Source: an uncultured archaeon
GTDB taxonomy: Archaea > Asgardarchaeota > Jordiarchaeia > Jordiarchaeales > Jordiarchaeaceae
Reading direction: 5' to 3'
NCBI GenBank assembly: GCA_964510585.1
Contig: CAZECW010000068.1
Location: forward strand, 1-5,640
DNA: 5,640 nucleotides
Positions 1 through 4,814 of the stretch are shown here, piece by piece. A program made the translations under genes and the position numbers. Each line of letters begins with the position of its first letter. Position 1 is the stretch's first letter. A model generated the notes under the pieces. It worked only from the letters and a program-made list of their open reading frames with translations. It ran no database searches and had not been told where the DNA came from.

Positions 1-139
1 CAGCCCCCATGAGGGTGCCAACATAGACGCCGTTCCCTTTGAGGGAAGGGCGTGTTAACTGGGTGATGGCACACCCATTGCTTCGAAGGCGATGAGCCAG
101 AAGCAAGAATCTCCCGACTTTAGTCGCGGAGAGTGTCAA
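1..139 (+). mobile_element. Right end of an IS200/IS605-family (tnpB/IS1341-like) element; the rest lies upstream of the window
   Basis: GAAT (107-110) directly precedes an imperfect hairpin CTCC-CGAC-ttta-GTCG-c-GGAG (111-131), followed by AGTG and TCAA (136-139). GAAT guide, subterminal hairpin and TCAA cleavage site match the established right-end layout of IS608/ISDra2. No terminal inverted repeats are expected for this family. No tnpA/tnpB coding sequence is recognisable in the window, so autonomous versus non-autonomous status is unknown. Confidence 0.85.
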
Positions 140-159
140 AAACCTCCCCGTAGTTTTCG
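1..159 (+). ncRNA. Putative TnpB omegaRNA/reRNA (3' part of scaffold plus about 16-20 nt flank-derived guide); 5' end probably outside the window
   Basis: Stacked hairpins by eye: 27-53 (ACGCC/GGCGT + TTCCCT/AGGGAA), 60-77 (TGGGTG/CACCCA) and 111-131. TGGCAC (67-72, mostly loop) can pair with GTGTCA (133-138), giving a pseudoknot at the element end. It is established that TnpB omegaRNAs derive from the IS right end and take their guide from the flank (here 140-159, AAACCTCCCCGTAGTTTTCG). Expression is not shown. Confidence 0.65.
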
Positions 160-488
160 AATCCTATAACACCCTTAAAGGAACCGACGAAAACGTTAGC
201 CCAAGTAGTAATTATGAGTAATATTGGCAGTGAAAGAATAAAGAGAAACGCCATAAACAAGGTAATACCGGTAACCACAGGAACCACTAGATTACCAAAA
301 AGTTTCAAACCAGAGGAAGTCAACTCAAAGACCAATCCGTACCCTGTATAAAAACTAAAAGAGAACCCCAGCAAAACCTGATAAAGAACGAAGATAAGAG
401 GTATCAAAAACAGCACTGCAAAAGGTAAACCCAAAATACGTAACCTTCTTACCGCGCTTTTCGTATCCAAGTTCCGCCAAAAGATCAC
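120..488 (-). pseudogene. Membrane protein gene, probably truncated at the 3' end by the IS insertion (possible N-terminal part of a carbohydrate ABC permease-like protein)
   Basis: GTG start (486-488) with AGGTGA SD at 493-498. Long hydrophobic stretches (ILGLPFAVLFLIPLIFVLYQVLLGF; LVVPVVTGITLFMAFLFILSLPILLIITTW). Codon 117 straddles the IS junction (140/139). The final DTLRD and the TAA (120-122) lie inside the IS hairpin. Confidence 0.65.
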
Positions 489-505
489 ATCATCACCTTC
501 CAGTG

Positions 506-528
506 AAGTGAAAAATATTTTTCCACTT
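506..528. promoter_or_regulatory. Palindromic AT-rich site upstream of the membrane-protein gene (operator and/or promoter)
   Basis: Perfect 14-bp palindrome GAAAAATATTTTTC (510-523) within AAGTG...CACTT, about 20-40 nt upstream of the GTG start. Confidence 0.3.
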
Positions 529-570
529 CTCTTTATTGAACTTCAATCTTCGTCAATATAAAGGATATAC

Positions 571-975
571 TTATACAGATATAGGTGGTACGAAATACCC
601 CAGCCAGATCCAAGTGTCAAGACCAGCCGCATATTCAACGGATGCAAAGTAACTCCACAGAATCCAAGCGTTAGTCCCAGTAAAAGCAGGAGGAAGAACT
701 GAAATCTTTTTTAAGCCACCATCACAGTATACAACATAATAATCACACCAGGATAATCTTTCGATAGGGTTAGTAGTAAGCACTAGATGATATCTATTCA
801 TCTGGCAGACACCGAAAGTTGGGTTACGTATCATATTGTACTCAGCGGAATAAAGGTATTCACTGTAAAAAATTTTGGCTATCTCACTGACGGCTCTACC
901 AACACTTGCTAATATAAACGCTGCAACACACTCAAAGTCAGCAACTGGTTTCTCAGGGTTAAAGTAGGGTAGCAT
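571..975 (-). CDS. Hypothetical protein (about 134 aa from ATG 975; start uncertain)
   Basis: Long open frame filling the gap between two genes with no competing ORF. It is aromatic-rich with four Cys, and no family was recognised. The ORF-track start at 1167 overlaps the opposite-strand Fe-S gene, so it is unlikely. Confidence 0.5.
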   Translation of the reverse strand: MLPYFNPEKPVADFECVAAFILASVGRAVSEIAKIFYSEYLYSAEYNMIRNPTFGVCQMNRYHLVLTTNPIERLSWCDYYVVYCDGGLKKISVLPPAFTGTNAWILWSYFASVEYAAGLDTWIWLGYFVPPISV

Positions 976-1067
976 GTGGGTGGGAGCGGAAATATCCTCC
1001 CATAAGAAGACCTTGGAACTGGGCCTATAGGTTTTGAATTTGTGGGAAAATACTTTTTTTCTTGGTC

Positions 1068-1082
1068 GAAAAGGTCTTATAC
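1068..1082 (+). promoter_or_regulatory. Possible archaeal BRE/TATA promoter of the Fe-S gene
   Basis: GAAAAG followed by TCTTATAC, about 30 nt upstream of the SD at 1111-1120. Weak match to consensus. Confidence 0.3.
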
Positions 1083-1128
1083 TGAAGAAATCATTATAAG
1101 GAGAAATGATGGTGAAGGAGACGTTTGG

Positions 1129-2211
1129 ATGAGCTGTGAGGATGTTTATAGGGAGTTGCAGAAACATCTCGACAGGATGCCTGTTGGTTTTCCAGCCACA
1201 AACTCAGGTGTGGAAATAAAAATACTGAAATACCTCTTTACACCCGAGGAAGCGAAGATAGCTACAAAACTGAGCTGGGAATTTGAGCCCCTTGAGACCA
1301 TCTATAGCCGCTTTGACAAGCCAAAAATCTCAAAGGAAGAGTTGAGAAACAAATTGCACGACATGGCTAAGAAGGGCATTGTCCACTACAAAATTGTAAA
1401 CGGCGAACGATACTATGCAAATCCACCACTTGTCGTAGGCATGTACGAGTTTCAAGTGAAAAGGCTCACTAAAGAGTTCCAAGAAGACATTGACAAATAC
1501 ATTTCGGAAGCGTTCGCCCTAGAATTTTTACGCACCGGCGTTAACCAGCTCAGAGTCATACCCATAGAACAAAGTATAACAAGCGAGGGCTTCGTGGCAA
1601 CTTACGACGACCTAAGAGAAATTATTAGAAAAGAGGAGGGACCCTTCTGCGTGTCTGAATGCATATGCCGCAAAGCCGCAGAACTTAAGGGAAACCCCTG
1701 CAGTAAGACCTCCCTGCGCGAAACATGCATATCCCTCGGAGACACAGCCCAACTATACATAGATAGCGGATGGGGCCGCCCCATAAACAAGGAGGAACTT
1801 CTCGAAATACTAAGAAAAAATGAGCAAGAAGGCCTAATACTGGAACCAAATAACGCGCAGAAGCCAGACTACATATGCAGTTGCTGCACATGTTGCTGCG
1901 GAATCTTATCAAGACTAAAAGCCTTTCCCCGCCCCACAGACATTATTAGCTCAAACTACTTCGCCCAAATAGACCCCGAACAATGCACTGGCTGCGAAAC
2001 ATGCATTCAGCGATGCCAAATGGAAGCACTAAAAATAGTGGACGAAGTTTGCACAGTAGACACAGGCAGATGCATAGGCTGCGGAAACTGCGTACCCACA
2101 TGTCCCACCAAAGCAATCACCCTGCAGAAAAAAGAAAAACAATGGGTTCCACCCAAAACTCTAGAGGACCTCTTCAGGAAAATAAAGAGTATAAAAGACC
2201 AGACAACCTAA
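1129..2211 (+). CDS. Cys-rich 4Fe-4S dicluster (ferredoxin-domain) protein, 360 aa, function unknown
   Basis: The C-terminus has two ferredoxin motifs, CTGCETCIQRC and CIGCGNCVPTCP. The middle has ECICR, NPC, ETC and ICSCCTCCCG. The N-terminus (LFTPEEAKIATKL...KLHDMAKKGIVHY) looks winged-helix-like. ATG 1129 has GGTGA/AGGAG SD at 1111-1120, preferred over the ORF-track start at 1042. Confidence 0.9.
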   Translation: MSCEDVYRELQKHLDRMPVGFPATNSGVEIKILKYLFTPEEAKIATKLSWEFEPLETIYSRFDKPKISKEELRNKLHDMAKKGIVHYKIVNGERYYANPPLVVGMYEFQVKRLTKEFQEDIDKYISEAFALEFLRTGVNQLRVIPIEQSITSEGFVATYDDLREIIRKEEGPFCVSECICRKAAELKGNPCSKTSLRETCISLGDTAQLYIDSGWGRPINKEELLEILRKNEQEGLILEPNNAQKPDYICSCCTCCCGILSRLKAFPRPTDIISSNYFAQIDPEQCTGCETCIQRCQMEALKIVDEVCTVDTGRCIGCGNCVPTCPTKAITLQKKEKQWVPPKTLEDLFRKIKSIKDQTT

Positions 2212-2318
2212 AAAGTATATTTCCAGTCACCAGTAGTTCCCTGTTTGCTCAACCAACCAATTCTAAAATCACTATTCGCCAAGAGGAGACAAGCTAATTT
2301 TCCAGAAGCCTAAACATA

Positions 2319-2339
2319 TTTTTCTTTTTACCAAAAAAA
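2319..2339. terminator. Oligo-T terminator-like tracts for the two convergent genes
   Basis: The plus strand has TTTTTCTTTTT (2319-2329). The minus strand has T7 (2333-2339) after a pyrimidine-rich run, 30 nt past the hydratase stop. Oligo-T termination is typical of archaea. Confidence 0.45.
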
Positions 2340-2368
2340 GGAGAGGGGAGAACCGTTTCTTGATTGGT

Positions 2369-3163
2369 TTACGCGCCCTTGAATTTAGGTTCTCTCTTTT
2401 CAAGGAAAGCCATCACGCCTTCCTTGGCGTCTTCGCTGGCTGTTGCGATGCTTGCCAGTGCTCCCTCAAATATTAGACCAGCATCCACCGGTCCTTGGGA
2501 TCCAAAGTTCAGCGCATATTTTGCCACTCTCTGGGCCACCGGTGGCCCTTTTGCCAGCTTCAAGGCGTACTGTCTCACTTCCTCCTCAAAATTTTCGAAG
2601 GACAACACCTTGTTTACCAAGCCAATCCTGTAGGCTTCTTCCTCATTTATTGGTTCTCCTGAGAGTATCAACTCCTTAGCTTTAGCAAGTCCAATTAGTC
2701 TGGGTAGCCTTATGGTGCCGCCCCATCCCGGTATTATTCCTCTGTCAACTTCTGGTTGTCCAATTTGGGATCCTTTAGCAGCCACTCTGAAGTCGCAGGC
2801 GCAGGCTAATTCGCATCCTCCGCCGAGAGCGAAGCCTCTTATTGCGGCTATCACAATCTTGGGAAACTTTTCAATTTTGGTGGTTAGCTTGGCCATGAGG
2901 AGAGCGGTGTCCATCTGTGCTACGGCCATGGGAACCCCAAGGGTTAGTGTCGGTGGCTCCTTGAGGTCAGCTCCCGCGGAGAAGAATCGGTCGCCAGCAC
3001 CCATCAAAATGACTACGTGAATATCTTGTTGGAACCATAGGTCGTCAAATGCCTTGTCAAGGGCGTTAATTAGTGCTACGTTTAATGCGTTGGCTTTCGG
3101 CCTGTTCATAATAACCCATGCCAAGGGAGGCTCCTTTTTGACAATAACAATGTTTTCTGACAA
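2369..3163 (-). CDS. Enoyl-CoA hydratase/isomerase (crotonase) family protein, 264 aa
   Basis: Motifs MNRPKANAL, FSAGADL (oxyanion hole), GGGCELA (E118), QPEVDRGIIPGWGGT (E138) and C-terminal EGVMAFLEKREPKFKG. Both catalytic Glu are present, consistent with a hydratase. TTG start with GGGGTG SD at 3172-3177. Confidence 0.95.
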   Translation of the reverse strand: MSENIVIVKKEPPLAWVIMNRPKANALNVALINALDKAFDDLWFQQDIHVVILMGAGDRFFSAGADLKEPPTLTLGVPMAVAQMDTALLMAKLTTKIEKFPKIVIAAIRGFALGGGCELACACDFRVAAKGSQIGQPEVDRGIIPGWGGTIRLPRLIGLAKAKELILSGEPINEEEAYRIGLVNKVLSFENFEEEVRQYALKLAKGPPVAQRVAKYALNFGSQGPVDAGLIFEGALASIATASEDAKEGVMAFLEKREPKFKGA

Positions 3164-3194
3164 TTCTCTTACACCCCAATTTTTCCAAAACCGA

Positions 3195-3250
3195 ACAATT
3201 TTAGTTCAAATTGTAAATGAACGCTTTTCAGCCCTTTATAAAAATCTTCC
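3195..3250 (-). promoter_or_regulatory. BRE/TATA promoter plus downstream inverted repeat for the hydratase gene
   Basis: The minus strand reads GGAAGA-TTTTTATAAA (3250-3235). The inverted repeat ACAATTT-N6-AAATTGT (3195-3214) sits at the expected transcription start, about 25 nt downstream of the TATA box. Confidence 0.5.
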
Positions 3251-3457
3251 GCAAAATAGTGGGTACCAAAACCATGGAATAGCACAAGCGTAAATACTCT
3301 AATTCTTAAAGTTCCAAAGAAGTTTGCGAAATTTAAAAACAAAACAAGATTCTTTTATATCTGCCAAGTTTTGGCGATTGACTCTAGAATATCCTTTTGG
3401 ATTATGTGTTTTCTCTAGAAATTTATTTTCAGTCCAGTTATCAGGGAATCTAAATTC

Positions 3458-3470
3458 AAAAAAATAAAAA
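3458..3470 (-). terminator. Oligo-T terminator-like tract after the V4R-like gene
   Basis: The minus strand reads TTTTTATTTTTTT, about 33 nt after the stop codon. Confidence 0.45.
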
Positions 3471-3502
3471 TAGTTGATTTGTTTCTTTGTCCCTTTTTGG
3501 GG

Positions 3503-3967
3503 CTATTTTTGCTCCGTTTTCACTGTGAGTTGGCATACTGTTTCATTGTTATCCACATTGGTGCCCAAAACTTGGACAATATTTGTGGCCTCAATTGCAC
3601 CCATCAGTATAATAGATGTGGGGCATAGGGGGCAGGCTTTGTATCCTACAGATTTCCCGTATTTGCACAGCTCCAGCCAGGGGCATTGAACAATTTTTAT
3701 ATTAAAATTGTTTCCCGAGTAGCTCCATTCGAACTCTTTGCCGAATACTCCGAAATTTTTGCCCATAATTTCTATATCCTTTAAGAGTTCTTCCATGGTT
3801 TTAGGCGGAGCCATACCCAAAAATTGTTGGGCCAGACTATCAACCATGGAACCTAATATTTTTGATGATTGGCGTCCAAGTAGCATAGGATTTATTCCCA
3901 TCTTGTCCGCGGCACTAAGTATGGTGCCAAAAACGAATCCATAAAAAAGGTTTACTGTATCCGACAT
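3503..3967 (-). CDS. Standalone V4R / methanogen-output-domain-like (H-NOX/TRAPP-Bet3 fold superfamily) protein, 154 aa
   Basis: ATG with AGGTGA SD at 3975-3980. It has a helical N-half with GRQSSKILG, then beta-strand-CPW (C95), C101, CPLCP (C112, C115) and a terminal VCQLTV strand (C145), which is the Cys layout typical of V4R/MetOD1-like domains. The gene is well supported; the family call is by eye. Confidence 0.7.
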   Translation of the reverse strand: MSDTVNLFYGFVFGTILSAADKMGINPMLLGRQSSKILGSMVDSLAQQFLGMAPPKTMEELLKDIEIMGKNFGVFGKEFEWSYSGNNFNIKIVQCPWLELCKYGKSVGYKACPLCPTSIILMGAIEATNIVQVLGTNVDNNETVCQLTVKTEQK

Positions 3968-4106
3968 AAATTGCTCACCTTCTCAAGAGTTTTTAAAAGC
4001 TTACAACTTGCTTAGGATAAGAAATTTTGTTTTTTATGTTTGTTCTGATTGTTTTCGCTTTCCGTTCTCACTGCCTTCAAATATAACTTGTTTATATAAC
4101 AGATTT

Positions 4107-4129
4107 ATTATGTAGTATATATACATAAT
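4107..4129. promoter_or_regulatory. Inverted repeat ATTATGTA-N7-TACATAAT upstream of the V4R-like gene
   Basis: Perfect 8-bp arms in the AT-rich spacer, about 140-160 nt upstream of ATG 3967. Confidence 0.3.
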
Positions 4130-4225
4130 TAATATTTAAATTTATTTGATTCCTCACCGAAATAATATTTTGCGTGAAGTCGTTATAAAAGGTCAAAGGA
4201 TTAAATTAATTTGAAAGGAGACCGA

Positions 4226-4233
4226 TAAAAAAA
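4226..4233 (-). terminator. T8 terminator-like tract after the cupin gene
   Basis: Eight T on the minus strand, about 100 nt after the cupin stop and after the hairpin cluster. Confidence 0.4.
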
Positions 4234-4246
4234 CATTTTTGCTATT

Positions 4247-4321
4247 AACACAATTTGATAAATGTGTTCGCATGAGTTAAGCCCACTCAACCCCATCGCT
4301 GGGCCAAATTGCCCACCTCAT
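4247..4321 (-). other. Cluster of three potential RNA hairpins in the cupin 3' region
   Basis: Minus-strand stems: TGGGC-aatttg-GCCCA flanked by ATGA...GA (4295-4321); ATG(G)GGTTGAG-tggg-CTTAACTCAT (4272-4296, two G-U pairs); AACACATTT-atc-AAAT(T)GTGTT (4247-4268). Confidence 0.35.
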
Positions 4322-4329
4322 TTTGCACG

Positions 4330-4683
4330 TCAAGACCGTATCATTATCAGAAGCATTTTGAATTTACTTAAAGCTCTAAGAGCGTGTGGTTGATTGGCTG
4401 GCATTATTACCATTTCCCCCTCATTCACGCGCAGAGGTTTACCGGAGATAGTGATTTCCGCCTCGCCTTCAAGAATGTGCACTAAAGCATCAAACGGTGC
4501 AGTATGCTCACTTAAACCCTGTCCCTCGTCAAAAGAGAATAATGTGACTGTCCCGGCCTTTTTGTCAATTATTGTTCTGCTCACCACAGCCCCCTCCTGA
4601 CAATCAATCAAATCCCTCAACCTCACTGCCTGCGCCACCAATTTCTTTGCATCAATTCCCTTCTTATAATGTTCCATTGCCAT
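4330..4683 (-). CDS. Cupin domain (cupin_2-type) protein, 115-117 aa
   Basis: Motifs VTLFSFDEGQGLSEHTAP, ALVHILEGE and MPANQPHAL fit a single cupin barrel with metal-binding His/Glu. GGGGTG SD at 4687-4692; the start may be M1 (4683) or M3 (4677). Confidence 0.92.
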   Translation of the reverse strand: MAMEHYKKGIDAKKLVAQAVRLRDLIDCQEGAVVSRTIIDKKAGTVTLFSFDEGQGLSEHTAPFDALVHILEGEAEITISGKPLRVNEGEMVIMPANQPHALRALSKFKMLLIMIRS

Positions 4684-4787
4684 TCACACCCCTAAATTAT
4701 TTTCAATCAATCATAATTAATCATTACTACTTTACAGTTAAGTAAAAAATTAAAAGGGTATGAAGTATTCTGGGTATAATTTTTAAT

Positions 4788-4814
4788 CCTAGCTTTTTAG
4801 ATGCCTAGCTTTTT
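4788..4814. repeat. 11-bp direct repeat spanning the cooS stop codon
   Basis: CCTAGCTTTTT occurs at 4788-4798 and 4804-4814 (16-bp period). Confidence 0.6.

Noticed and set aside
1-58. Open frame SPHEGANIDAVPFEGRAC* as the tnpB C-terminus
   Set aside because: It is too short and lacks a recognisable RuvC-III (DxNAAxNI) or Zn-finger motif. It cannot be called from this window.
1-139. IStron (self-splicing intron-IS hybrid)
   Set aside because: The interrupted gene is on the opposite strand to the IS right end, so splicing could not repair its mRNA. No group I intron core is visible.
1042-1128. N-terminal extension of the Fe-S ORF from GTG 1042
   Set aside because: A strong SD sits before ATG 1129, and the extension covers A/T tracts and the likely promoter.
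976-1167. N-terminal extension of the 198-aa minus ORF
   Set aside because: It overlaps the start, SD and promoter of the opposite-strand Fe-S gene and reads like intergenic sequence.
1602-2297. ORFs 1602-1790(-), 1685-1912(-) and 1983-2297(+)
   Set aside because: Shadow or alternate-frame ORFs of the Fe-S gene, with no motifs or SD.
2364-3293. ORFs 2364-2633, 2443-2679, 2712-3020 and 3054-3293 (+)
   Set aside because: Antisense shadows of the enoyl-CoA hydratase gene.
3363-3420. GCCAA-gtt-TTGGC mini-hairpin and two CTCTAGAA copies
   Set aside because: Too short to exceed chance expectation, with no positional logic.
3299-3505. Amber (TAG) readthrough of the V4R-like gene, giving 67 further open codons (pyrrolysine?)
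   Set aside because: The extension is AT-rich and Phe/Lys-rich like non-coding DNA, and it crosses an oligo-T terminator tract. The domain is already complete before the TAG.
3474-3944. ORFs 3474-3689 and 3738-3944 (+)
   Set aside because: Antisense shadows of the V4R-like gene.
4211-4393. SD-like GAAAGGAG on the plus strand and a 43-codon ORF from ATG 4262
   Set aside because: The SD-like motif is about 40 nt from the ATG, and the ORF runs antisense into the cupin gene.
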